Source: Candidatus Micrarchaeia archaeon (GTDB lineage Archaea; Micrarchaeota; Micrarchaeia; Anstonellales; J096). Taken from it: a stretch of 64,000 nt of DNA. The notes under the pieces are model-generated. The model saw only the letters and a list, made by a program, of their open reading frames with translations. It was not told the origin of the DNA and made no database searches. Location of the stretch: NCBI GenBank assembly GCA_041500405.1, contig JBGQMB010000001.1, positions 20,376 to 84,375 on the forward strand. The letters are read 5' to 3'. Positions 55,549 to 64,000 of the stretch are shown piece after piece (position 1 is the first letter of the stretch; every line of letters starts with the position of its first letter). Both the position numbers and the translations under genes were made by a program.

Positions 55549-56163
55549 CTATTTCCTGAACGGGCTTTTCCATGTCTTGAGCTTTTCCTTCACGCCCAGG
55601 ACTTCGTAAACCCCTTTCATGGCCTTTTCCGCGTCTGCGAAAATACGCTCCATCTCGGCTTCGGAAAAGCCGTTGTTGTTATCCCTGTCCGACGTGAAAA
55701 TCGTGTCGCCCAGCGCATTCGCCTTCCTGCGGAGCACATTCAGGTTCAAGTTTGCCTGCATATTGGTTCCTTCGATGTTCTTGACGCAGTAGAACACTAT
55801 GCGGTCAGGCTTCAGGTCATTGTTGAAGTCTATCATGTCGTAGCTGTTGTCGCCCTTCTCGGGCCTGCCTTCGCGCACCACTTTGGCGCAAGGCGTCTTC
55901 ACGCCCTTTACATCGCTTATCTCAAAACTGAATTTCTGGTTCTTGAGCAAGCCTTCTGTCTTGAAGCCCCTCTGGCATTCGTAGAATGCCTTAGCTTCCG
56001 GTCCGGGCTTTATCTCCCTGAATTGCTTTTTGCCGCAGCTTATGCCTATAGTAAGCCCTGCAACAAGCGGAAGAAAGAGCACGAACGGCAACTCCTTTGC
56101 CGTCCTCTTGATCGCTGTCCTCAAGTCCGCATTTTCAGGCCGTGCCTTGAAAAGCTGTTTCAT
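55549..56163 (-). CDS. hypothetical membrane-anchored, possibly lipidated, protein
   Basis: Hydrophobic stretch ending GISC; TATA-like TTTTTATA upstream. Confidence 0.6.
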   Translation of the reverse strand: MKQLFKARPENADLRTAIKRTAKELPFVLFLPLVAGLTIGISCGKKQFREIKPGPEAKAFYECQRGFKTEGLLKNQKFSFEISDVKGVKTPCAKVVREGRPEKGDNSYDMIDFNNDLKPDRIVFYCVKNIEGTNMQANLNLNVLRRKANALGDTIFTSDRDNNNGFSEAEMERIFADAEKAMKGVYEVLGVKEKLKTWKSPFRK

Positions 56164-56209
56164 AACATGTTATTTCGTGTAAACAATATAAAAAACTTGC
56201 GGTGATGGC

Positions 56210-56869
56210 TCAGGTTCCCTCGATTATGGAAACAACCTCATTCTCGTCCTTGAAGCCCGCGTAAACGGCGTCGTCTATTATGAGCGTCGGGTAAGCGCTG
56301 AAGCTGTACATTTTCTTGAGCATGCTCACTATCGCGGACTCCGTGGACGAGCCGTCAAACGAGTATATCCTCAGCTTCACGCCCTTTTCCGTGAAATAGC
56401 TTCTCACGCGCCAGAGTGCGGTTCCCTGGTCGCTGCACTTGCCGCACTCGCCCTCCTTATTAGAGTAAATGTATATTATTGTTTTCACGCTGTCGTTGCA
56501 GAGCCCGGCCGCGTTCCTTGCAAGCAACAAGTCCCTGTACTCCAGCTGGTAATACTTGAATTTCAGGCTTTGGTCAAATGGCTTCTTGCTGTATTCCATG
56601 AACTCCAATTGCTGGCCTATGCCCCAGGTCTCGTTTTCAAATGACGGGGAAAGCTCCCCGTACATGCTGCAGAACAGCGCGGGGTTTGATTCCGAGCCAA
56701 GAAGAAGCTGCATGTTCATCATGTTGTCGTTCATCGCCTCTATCTGCGCCATGACCGGGTCGGAGGCGTTGTCAGTAAGGTAATACCCTATCGCGACGCC
56801 TGAAAGGAACAGCAGCAGCGTAAGCACGAACGTTATCGCATATATCTCCCAAGTCCACATCCTCATCAT
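56210..56869 (-). CDS. membrane-anchored protein with C-terminal thioredoxin-like CxxC domain
   Basis: N-terminal TM; IYIYS...CGKC..QG; YPTLIID cis-Pro-like loop. Confidence 0.7.
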   Translation of the reverse strand: MMRMWTWEIYAITFVLTLLLFLSGVAIGYYLTDNASDPVMAQIEAMNDNMMNMQLLLGSESNPALFCSMYGELSPSFENETWGIGQQLEFMEYSKKPFDQSLKFKYYQLEYRDLLLARNAAGLCNDSVKTIIYIYSNKEGECGKCSDQGTALWRVRSYFTEKGVKLRIYSFDGSSTESAIVSMLKKMYSFSAYPTLIIDDAVYAGFKDENEVVSIIEGT

Positions 56870-56871
56870 TT

Positions 56872-58107
56872 TCACCTTGTGCTCCAAGCTTTCTCTTTTC
56901 CCATTATCTCCATGAGCAGGCTGGTGACCCATATATAGGGCCAGATGTACCCGAAGACAAAAAGGTAAACGAACATCTCCGGCGCCTCCCTGACTATGTT
57001 GATAGGCTTCTGTTTGGCGTAAGACCTTATATTGTTTACTGTGTACATCAGCCAGACCGCGGTTATCAGGACCATGGAAACAGTGACTATTATTATGGGG
57101 TCTGAAAGGTAGCCGTACGTGAAGCTGCCTGTGCCGATCCTCTCGCTCCAGAAGGATGACGGCTTTATGACGTTGTACACTATGCTGCTTATCAGTATTA
57201 TGGAAGGGATGAACACAAGCAGGTCTGTCATCATGCCGAAGAACAGGAAGTCCCCGTAATCCAGGCTAAAGAGGTCCTTGTGCTTTATCCTGTTCCATAT
57301 CCCGCCCCTGACCCACCTTACCCTTTGCTTGACCAAAAGGTCAAGCCTCGGCATAGCCGCCGTGTACACGAACGCGTCAAGCGAGCACTTTATCTTGTAC
57401 CCCTTTTTCTGGAGCTTGAGCGCGACCTCCTGGTCCTCCGTAAGGCTTTCCGGGTCAAATCCGCCAATCTTGAGCATGGCGTCCCTCCTGAACATGCTCA
57501 ATCCGCCTGGCGTGACGTATATGGAGTCAACCGCCATCATCAGCCTTCTCAAAAACAGTATCGAGTCGTACTCAAAGGCCTGCACCTTCTCAAGGATGTT
57601 CTTTGGCTCCCTTACCCTTATGGCAGCGGCAACCCCGCCAACAGACTTGTCAGCAAAATAAGAGGCAAGGTTCCTGAATGTGCCGCTATCAACTACGGAA
57701 TCGGAGTCCAGCGTTGCAACCAGCTCCCCGGCTGCGGCGTTTATCCCAACATTCTTGGAGTCGGATGCGCCGGTGTTTTTCTCTTTATGTATTATCCTGA
57801 ACCCGTATTTTTCGTACTCCTTGGCTATCGCGTGGCTGTTGTCCTTGGAGCAGTCGTCAACCACTATGACTTCGAGCTTTTCCTTGGGATAGTCGGACTT
57901 CAATACGGCGTCCAGCCCGAGCCTTAATGCCTCTCCCTCGTTGTAAACCGGCATCACGACGGACAGCATCGGAAGCTCCTTGTCTGCCATTTCCCTTGGC
58001 TTAAAATGCACATTATGGCGCTTGAGCGCAAAAAGCACTATGAACGTTATGGTGAGGTAAAGCAGGATGAACGCGGATACGTATATCAGCGGCCTTAGGA
58101 TGTCCAT
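56872..58107 (-). CDS. processive family 2 glycosyltransferase (PgaC/IcaA/cellulose-synthase-like)
   Basis: PVYNE, VDD, LDSDS, LTED, QRVRW, N- and C-terminal TMs. Confidence 0.92.
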   Translation of the reverse strand: MDILRPLIYVSAFILLYLTITFIVLFALKRHNVHFKPREMADKELPMLSVVMPVYNEGEALRLGLDAVLKSDYPKEKLEVIVVDDCSKDNSHAIAKEYEKYGFRIIHKEKNTGASDSKNVGINAAAGELVATLDSDSVVDSGTFRNLASYFADKSVGGVAAAIRVREPKNILEKVQAFEYDSILFLRRLMMAVDSIYVTPGGLSMFRRDAMLKIGGFDPESLTEDQEVALKLQKKGYKIKCSLDAFVYTAAMPRLDLLVKQRVRWVRGGIWNRIKHKDLFSLDYGDFLFFGMMTDLLVFIPSIILISSIVYNVIKPSSFWSERIGTGSFTYGYLSDPIIIVTVSMVLITAVWLMYTVNNIRSYAKQKPINIVREAPEMFVYLFVFGYIWPYIWVTSLLMEIMGKEKAWSTR

Positions 58108-58203
58108 ATCTTTTCCATATTCGGATGCATGATTTTTAAAGTTGCCCTATGCGCCAAAGGGCACCAACAATCCTTTTTAACCCTTCGCTGGACAAAAGGC
58201 ATT

Positions 58204-58752
58204 ATGGACCCGGCCGGAGTGCTAAGCATGATAAACAAGGGCAAGTTCGATGCAGCCGAATCCATAATAGACGAGTCGATAAAGCTCAATGTCTCCAACT
58301 CCGATGCGTGGTTCGCAAAGGGGCTTTTGTCCCTTTCAAGGCGCGAGTACGAGAATGCGATAGAGTTCATACTCAAGTCAAAAAGCTACGGCAAAAAGGG
58401 CGACGAACTGACAAGGGCGCTCGGATACTCATTTTTCTCCATGTTCAGGCTTGACGAGGCCATAACATATTTCTCAGAGCTCAAGAGCAAGATGCCGGAC
58501 GACTATTTCATGCTTGGGATCGCGTATCTTTTGATAAACGACCCGATAACGTCAAAGGAGTATATCCACACCGCATACAACATAGAGCCGGCAAGGACAA
58601 AGGAGCTTCTCCAGCTTTTCTACGTCGCGTTCGTCCATCCTTCGCAGGAGGTCAGCGACAAGGCGAAAACTGACTTGGTTGAAAAGATAAACGCGCTTGC
58701 CCGCGGCGCTGTCCTTTCACGCAAGGGCGGAAAGCAGCAGCGCGGCAAGTAA
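58204..58752 (+). CDS. TPR-repeat protein
   Basis: AWFAKG...YENAI, ALG...LDEAI.YF, YFMLGIAY. Confidence 0.78.
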   Translation: MDPAGVLSMINKGKFDAAESIIDESIKLNVSNSDAWFAKGLLSLSRREYENAIEFILKSKSYGKKGDELTRALGYSFFSMFRLDEAITYFSELKSKMPDDYFMLGIAYLLINDPITSKEYIHTAYNIEPARTKELLQLFYVAFVHPSQEVSDKAKTDLVEKINALARGAVLSRKGGKQQRGK

Positions 58753-59937
58753 GGCCGGAATAGCATATCTCAGCAGCGGCGCAAGCATACAATATTCCTT
58801 AATCTTTTCAACGCTGAACGAGAGCGCGTAGGAGAACAGCATCCCGCATACCAGCAGAAGGCCGAACCCGAACACCCCGTCCATGAACCCTATTGAGAAT
58901 ATCCCCGCCATCTGCATTATGGAAAGCGCCAGAATTGCCAATGACGACACGGCCATCGTTTCCCATTTGCCCATGCCCAGCGCATTCTTCAGGATTTCCA
59001 CGGCTATGAGCAGCATTGAAACAGCGGAAGTCGCGGCTGCGGTGAACAGCGTAAGGTAAAACATGGATGCAACAATGTTCCCATAGGGCAGGCTGCTGAA
59101 TATGGCCGGAAGCGTTTCGAACGAAAGTGTCACGCCGTCATTTATCTCTATGCTGCTTGAGAACAGGAACGAGAATATTATGAAGGAAGACATCAGCGCA
59201 ACCATGGTGTCCGGTATGCCTATCCTTAGCGATTCGGAAACCGGGTTTTCCTCCTTTTTCTTGTAGCTTGCGTACGTTATCATCACGCCCATGCCTATTG
59301 AAAGCGAGAAGAAAACCTGGCTTAGCGCGGCAATCCATGTCGCGGGGCTTATGAGGAACGAAGCGTCAAACCGCAGGAGCTTTTCGGCGCCACCGATTCC
59401 GTATGTAAATGCCGTGTATGCGCACAGTGCTGCAAGAAGAACAAACAGCATCGGCACCATGACATTGTTCAGCCTTTCAAGGCCTTTCCTTATCCCATTG
59501 TTTACCGTGAAAATGCATATGGCAAGCGCCACCAAATAGCACGCGATTGGAAGCCATGTATTCTTGAATTCCGCAACATTTGGATAATCCCCAAACGGGG
59601 ACACCAGCGTGTACGCAAGCGCCCATCCGGTCAGTATCAGGTAATAGGAAAGAATGCCTATGAGCGTTATGGCGACAAGGATGCCGACATAGCTGCTTTT
59701 GAAAAATTCCTTAAGGAACGTCGAGGCGTCCTGCCTTTTCCTTTCGCCTGCCAGTATCTCCGCAGCCAAAAACGGAATGCCCACAAGGGCGAGGCTTACA
59801 AGGTAGGCAATCACAAACGCAAGATAGCCGTTCTCGCTCGCGAGGTACGGAAACCTCCAAATGTTTCCCAATCCAACCGCGGAGCCTATTGCCGCTATTA
59901 TGAACGCAAGGTTTGAGCTCCAGCTTTCCTTTGCCAT
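58717..59937 (-). CDS. NSS/SNF-family sodium-dependent transporter
   Basis: WSS.LAFI.AAIGSAVGLGNIWRFPY, QVFFSLSIG.G...TYASY. Confidence 0.95.
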   Translation of the reverse strand: MAKESWSSNLAFIIAAIGSAVGLGNIWRFPYLASENGYLAFVIAYLVSLALVGIPFLAAEILAGERKRQDASTFLKEFFKSSYVGILVAITLIGILSYYLILTGWALAYTLVSPFGDYPNVAEFKNTWLPIACYLVALAICIFTVNNGIRKGLERLNNVMVPMLFVLLAALCAYTAFTYGIGGAEKLLRFDASFLISPATWIAALSQVFFSLSIGMGVMITYASYKKKEENPVSESLRIGIPDTMVALMSSFIIFSFLFSSSIEINDGVTLSFETLPAIFSSLPYGNIVASMFYLTLFTAAATSAVSMLLIAVEILKNALGMGKWETMAVSSLAILALSIMQMAGIFSIGFMDGVFGFGLLLVCGMLFSYALSFSVEKIKEYCMLAPLLRYAIPALLAALLLSALA

Positions 59938-59941
59938 GGTT

Positions 59942-60454
59942 TCACTTCCTGGCGTAATACCTTCTTACGTCGCCTTCAGACCATGTTTTCGCGCCCTTCA
60001 TGTCAATGCCAAGCGACTCCGCGGCTTTCCTTATCTCTTCAACGCCCGGCGCCTCTATCTCAAGGAATGGGGGCATGCCCGCTATCGTGTCTATCTCAAA
60101 ATGCGTTTCCCCAATCGCATAGGTGATCCTGTGCTTTGCCCTTTTTACGGTTTCAACGTATCCAAGGGCCCCGAGTATCAGCTTCGTCTCCTCAAAATCG
60201 CTGACTGTGCTTTCATGCTCCTCCATGACCTTGGCGCCTATTGCGCTTATCCTCCTTTTCAGCGTTATCTCCGAGCCCTGTCCGCGCCTCCTTAGCCTCA
60301 GTATAAGGCCCTTCCTTTTCAGGTGGCGCTTGCGCGTGTCAAAATAGGATGCGATAATCTCTCCCTCAAACGTTTTCCTTGCGCCGAGGGATTCCAGCTT
60401 GGCTATTATATTGTCCTTGTCAATCTCAAGGAACTTGGCCTCTATCTCCTTCAT
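59942..60454 (-). CDS. CYTH/class IV adenylate cyclase-like protein
   Basis: EIEAK, YFDT, LRLR, ITLK, K.R..Y, FLEIE. Confidence 0.9.
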   Translation of the reverse strand: MKEIEAKFLEIDKDNIIAKLESLGARKTFEGEIIASYFDTRKRHLKRKGLILRLRRRGQGSEITLKRRISAIGAKVMEEHESTVSDFEETKLILGALGYVETVKRAKHRITYAIGETHFEIDTIAGMPPFLEIEAPGVEEIRKAAESLGIDMKGAKTWSEGDVRRYYARK

Positions 60455-60500
60455 GCGCCTATGGGGATGTGAAATGCTTAAAAACTCGTGCGGTGCGCCT

Positions 60501-61880
60501 TCACAAAACCCTTGCGGGTATCTTCGGCCCCTTCTTGAGCTTTGAAATGTCGCTTGCCTTAGGCATTATCCTCATAAGCCTTTCAGCATCCCTTATGCCA
60601 ATGCGGCTTTCAGTGCCTTTTCTCCTGAACCAGTCCACGCACGACTCGCATGTCCTTCCTTTGGTCGCAACTAGCATGTCGCGCGCGTCCTCCTTCATCT
60701 GTTTTGTCACTTCGCTGATGTTATCCCGGTCTGCGCTCCCCAATGTACCTAACTTCAGGAAATGGGAGACAAAATGGCAGCAGCCCGGAATTACCGTGCC
60801 GTCAGGCATAAGGCCGAATTCCTCGCTGTTGCAGTCCTTGAACGAGTACCAGGGGGTCATCACGAAATAGGCCTCGTCGTCCGCCTTTTTGCCGCTGAAA
60901 TACTTATTCATCCTTTCGATTATTTCTTTATGGTTTTTCACGGCGTTACCTATGCACCAAATGCCGCCCCTGTAATGGATATCGCTTGGGAATTTCATAG
61001 CGTCTTCGCGCCTTATGCCGAAGCCCGAGAGGAGGTCCGCAAGCATAGCGCCCCTGTTCTGGATATTCTTCCGCCATTCACCATCCTTGCGGTGTATCAG
61101 GCTTATGCCCTCAAGGCGCGGAACTGCCCTTATGCCGTTTTCGATGAAGAACTTGAGCGTTTTTCCTGCAGGTTCCATGCTGTCCATGAAGCTCCTTGTG
61201 CTGATGCTGATTCCAATCCTTGCCTTGTCGAAATCGCAGAGCTTGGCAAGCTTTTCAGCCGCTTCCATCTCGGCATGTGTCCTGATTCCGGACGTCATTA
61301 TGTACAAATATACATGAGGGAACATTTCAAAGATAGTCTTTACGACGTCACCGAGATCCTTTCCGCCGTCATTGTAAAGGAATGGCTCGCCATACGTGAT
61401 TGTGAGATGCCTACGTATAGACACTAGGCTGAGATAGTGTTCCAGGTCCTTGAATGGCATCTGCCCCAGCGTCATATCCGCTGACACGGCGCAGTGCAGA
61501 CATCCCCTGTTGCACCTTTCGGTTATGCCGATTGCCAATATCGGCAGCTTTTGCACGCCTGCTGATTTTTCTTCCTCAAGCGCCTTTTCCCTCAGCTCCC
61601 TGAGCCTGCGGCCAAATGCATCTGCCTTCTTCCTGCGCCTTGCGGATGCCCTGTATATCTGCACCATCTTCAGTTTCTGCCATTCCCCCAGCTTTTCGAA
61701 CTGCCTTTTCTGCTCTTCGGCGCTGGCGCCATTGGCAATGCCCATGAACATCTTATGCGCATCAGAGCCCCTTGGCTCGAAAGCTATGCCGCTCTCAAGA
61801 AGCGAAACTGCGGTCTTTGCCTTGAGCCCTTTGTAAACGAGCGGTATCTCCTTCCATATTGCGTTTTTCATTGCTTTCAC
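60501..61880 (-). CDS. radical SAM protein with SPASM/Twitch-like C-terminus, paralogue A
   Basis: CNRGCLHC, YGEPF, TSG; C...GLMPDGTVIPGCC...CESC. Confidence 0.88.
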   Translation of the reverse strand: MKAMKNAIWKEIPLVYKGLKAKTAVSLLESGIAFEPRGSDAHKMFMGIANGASAEEQKRQFEKLGEWQKLKMVQIYRASARRRKKADAFGRRLRELREKALEEEKSAGVQKLPILAIGITERCNRGCLHCAVSADMTLGQMPFKDLEHYLSLVSIRRHLTITYGEPFLYNDGGKDLGDVVKTIFEMFPHVYLYIMTSGIRTHAEMEAAEKLAKLCDFDKARIGISISTRSFMDSMEPAGKTLKFFIENGIRAVPRLEGISLIHRKDGEWRKNIQNRGAMLADLLSGFGIRREDAMKFPSDIHYRGGIWCIGNAVKNHKEIIERMNKYFSGKKADDEAYFVMTPWYSFKDCNSEEFGLMPDGTVIPGCCHFVSHFLKLGTLGSADRDNISEVTKQMKEDARDMLVATKGRTCESCVDWFRRKGTESRIGIRDAERLMRIMPKASDISKLKKGPKIPARVL

Positions 61881-63334
61881 GTATTCAACAGCGGGTTTAC
61901 AGCCCGCCTTATCACTGTTCCGCCGAACGTGCGGTTGAGTGCCTTGATGTCCTTTTCTGTCGGCAATACGCTAATGAGCTTTTCAGGGTTCCTTATGCCG
62001 AGCCTTCCGCCCATTCTCTTTTCCATTTTCACAAACCAGCTTACGCACTTGGCGCAGGACCTGCTTTTTCTCCAGCCCCTTTGCGCCGCGATGAAGCTGT
62101 ATTTGTCTTCCAGCATCTGCTTCACGACGCTTTCCCGGTTATCCTGCCCGATATTCTCAAGGGAGCCGAGCCTCATGAACGGAAACGCGAAGTTGCAGCA
62201 TCCTGGAACAATCTCGCCGTCAGGCATCAGGCCGAACCATTTCCTTTCGCACACGTCCTTGCGAAGGTCGCTGCAGTCATCCCAGCTTTTTATGATTATC
62301 CCCCCCAATTTTGCAGGGCTGAAATACATCTTCATGCTCTTTATCAGGCTTATGTAATTCGCGACCATGTTTCCCATGAACGCAAAGCACGGGTCGCACT
62401 GGATGTTGCTTTTTATGCTGTAGAGATCAGATATGCCAAAGCAGCTTGCCAGGTCCTTTATCACGGACTTCCTTTCCTGCTCGTCTATCCTGGCCTTTCC
62501 GTCATCACATTTGCTGAGCGTAACGCCTTCAAGCGACGGGGCTACCTTTATGCCGTTTTCAATGAAGAACTTCAGCGTTTCCCTTGCGGCGTCCATCCTG
62601 TGCGTGAAGTTCCTTACGCTCAGGGATATAGAAACCCTTTCCTTGTCCATTTCATTCAAACTTGCGAGCTTGCGCGCGGCCCTTGCCTCCAGCGAATTCT
62701 CGTCTTTCATGCTTATTCCGGAAGTGACTATGCCTATGGATACGTAGTCGCACTGTTCCAGCATGGCTTTTACGGCGTCGCCAAGGTCCTTTCCGCTGTC
62801 ATAGTAAAGGAACGGCTCCCCTGCGCCGGTAAATATCGTGTCCGGGTGCAGCCTAATGAGCCCAAGGTATCTTTCAAAATTCCTGAACGGCATCGCCTTT
62901 CCGCCCATATTGGCTGATACCATGCAGTGCAGGCATCCCCTGTTGCACTTTTCAGTCATTGTGATATACTTTACAGGCGCCTTCAATCCTTCATGTACTG
63001 ACTCTTTCAATGCCCTGTCCAGGTTTCCATTGATGATTTTGTAATTTCTTTTTCCAATGTCAATCCACTTTTCCCTTGCGTCTATGCTTTCCCTTATCCT
63101 TTCAACCTGCCAAGGCTCCAAATCCCTGGTCAAGGCGCTGACTTGCTTCTTGTCGTATTTTGCCTTTCTCAGCCTTTTCAAGGCCTCAAACGCCTTTGTG
63201 CCGTTTGGCTCGAAGAGCACGCCGCTCCTATAAAGCATCAATGCGGTTTGGGCCGGAATCTCCCTGTGAACTATCGGAAACAGGTCCTTGTCCTTCTTTT
63301 TGCCATCGCTGGCCATGTTCCTTACTGTGTTCAT
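61877..63334 (-). CDS. radical SAM protein with SPASM/Twitch-like C-terminus, paralogue B
   Basis: CNRGCLHC, AGEPF, TSG; C...GLMPDGEIVPGCC...CAKC. Confidence 0.88.
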   Translation of the reverse strand: MNTVRNMASDGKKKDKDLFPIVHREIPAQTALMLYRSGVLFEPNGTKAFEALKRLRKAKYDKKQVSALTRDLEPWQVERIRESIDAREKWIDIGKRNYKIINGNLDRALKESVHEGLKAPVKYITMTEKCNRGCLHCMVSANMGGKAMPFRNFERYLGLIRLHPDTIFTGAGEPFLYYDSGKDLGDAVKAMLEQCDYVSIGIVTSGISMKDENSLEARAARKLASLNEMDKERVSISLSVRNFTHRMDAARETLKFFIENGIKVAPSLEGVTLSKCDDGKARIDEQERKSVIKDLASCFGISDLYSIKSNIQCDPCFAFMGNMVANYISLIKSMKMYFSPAKLGGIIIKSWDDCSDLRKDVCERKWFGLMPDGEIVPGCCNFAFPFMRLGSLENIGQDNRESVVKQMLEDKYSFIAAQRGWRKSRSCAKCVSWFVKMEKRMGGRLGIRNPEKLISVLPTEKDIKALNRTFGGTVIRRAVNPLLNT

Positions 63335-63415
63335 ATATGTTTAAAAATGAGGTTTATCCAGGGGCTGCAAAAAGGCTTAAATCCCTTTTGCCGCATTTAT
63401 CTGTTGGTGTTGTTT

Positions 63416-63970
63416 ATGGCAGACGCAAAAAAAAGGAGGCAATTCGGTTTCGGGTTCGGCGATTCGTTCTTTTCGGACTTCAGCTCCATCTTCGCGAGCA
63501 TGGAAAAGGACATGATGGAGGACTTCGAGCGCATGAGGAACATGAAGCCTGGCCCCAATGCAAAGGTCTACGGCGTAAGCATAAAGATAGGGCCCGACGG
63601 CAAGCCCATAATAGAGGAGTTCGGCAACGTCAAGCAGCCCAGGATGGTCGAGGCGCCGTCTCCGAAACAGGAAAAGGGCAACGAAAGGGTGCCGTTCACG
63701 GACGTCATTGCGGACAAGGACACCATAAAGGTCATTGCCGAGATGCCGGGCGTCAAGAAGGAGGACATAAGGCTGGCGATGGTCGGCAAGGACAAGATAG
63801 AGATAAAGGTCAAGACGCCCGAAAGGCAGTACTACAAGGTCGTCGACCTTGAGGAGGAGCCGCAGGAAAGCACGATTGACGCGAAATACAACAACGGCGT
63901 GCTTGAGATAACGATGAAGACAAAGCATGCGAAGAAGGAGGAAGGCAAGAAGCCGATAAGCGTTAAGTGA
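63416..63970 (+). CDS. archaeal small heat shock protein Hsp20
   Basis: VYGVSIKIGPDGKPIIEEFGN, VIAEMPGV.KEDI, AKYNNGVLEI, C-terminal ISV. Confidence 0.95.
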   Translation: MADAKKRRQFGFGFGDSFFSDFSSIFASMEKDMMEDFERMRNMKPGPNAKVYGVSIKIGPDGKPIIEEFGNVKQPRMVEAPSPKQEKGNERVPFTDVIADKDTIKVIAEMPGVKKEDIRLAMVGKDKIEIKVKTPERQYYKVVDLEEEPQESTIDAKYNNGVLEITMKTKHAKKEEGKKPISVK

Positions 63971-64000
63971 CTTCCTTTTTAATTATGTCTTATTGCCATA

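Noticed and set aside
63143..63415. Long N-terminal extension of Hsp20
   Set aside because: Overlaps the divergent radical SAM gene; ATG 63416 gives a typical archaeal Hsp20
1..64000. CRISPR array, IS elements, rRNA, SRP or RNase P RNA, C/D-box sRNAs
   Set aside because: None recognised by eye and intergenic gaps are short; small guide RNAs cannot be excluded without a covariance-model search

Overview
Gene-dense archaeal chromosomal segment of about 80 CDS and one tRNA. A DPANN/Micrarchaeota-like origin is my inference from compact, divergent informational genes and many lineage-specific repeat proteins. Core content: aEF-2, aIF-2alpha/beta, aIF-1A, TFE, fibrillarin, Trm1, CarS, YchF, and a long eL42-eS27-aIF2alpha-Nop10-PAC2-SBDS-exosome(Rrp4/41/42)-eL43-RpoP-Brix-Pcc1-prefoldin-DHH superoperon. 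Three small genes absent from the ORF track were read by hand: eL41/eS32 (3059-3172), Nop10 (42664-42825) and a cysteine-free RpoP (46700-46837). The best candidate for an undescribed system is a six-gene convergent module at 50.5-55.0 kb, pta-ackA-acpS facing thiolase-DUF35-acyl carrier protein. It puts an ACP and its phosphopantetheinyl transferase beside an archaeal-type thiolase/DUF35 pair, with no HMG-CoA synthase or Fab genes in the window. Other highlights: a full-length glutamine synthetase homologue lacking most catalytic ligands, five paralogous proteins built from a ~36-aa helical repeat, a TFE with a histone-H1-like tail, tandem radical SAM paralogues, a doubled PadR operator, and a tRNA-acceptor-like hairpin downstream of tRNA-Ile. 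I saw no CRISPR array, transposase, integrase or rRNA. All calls come from motif reading and gene context; no database searches were run.
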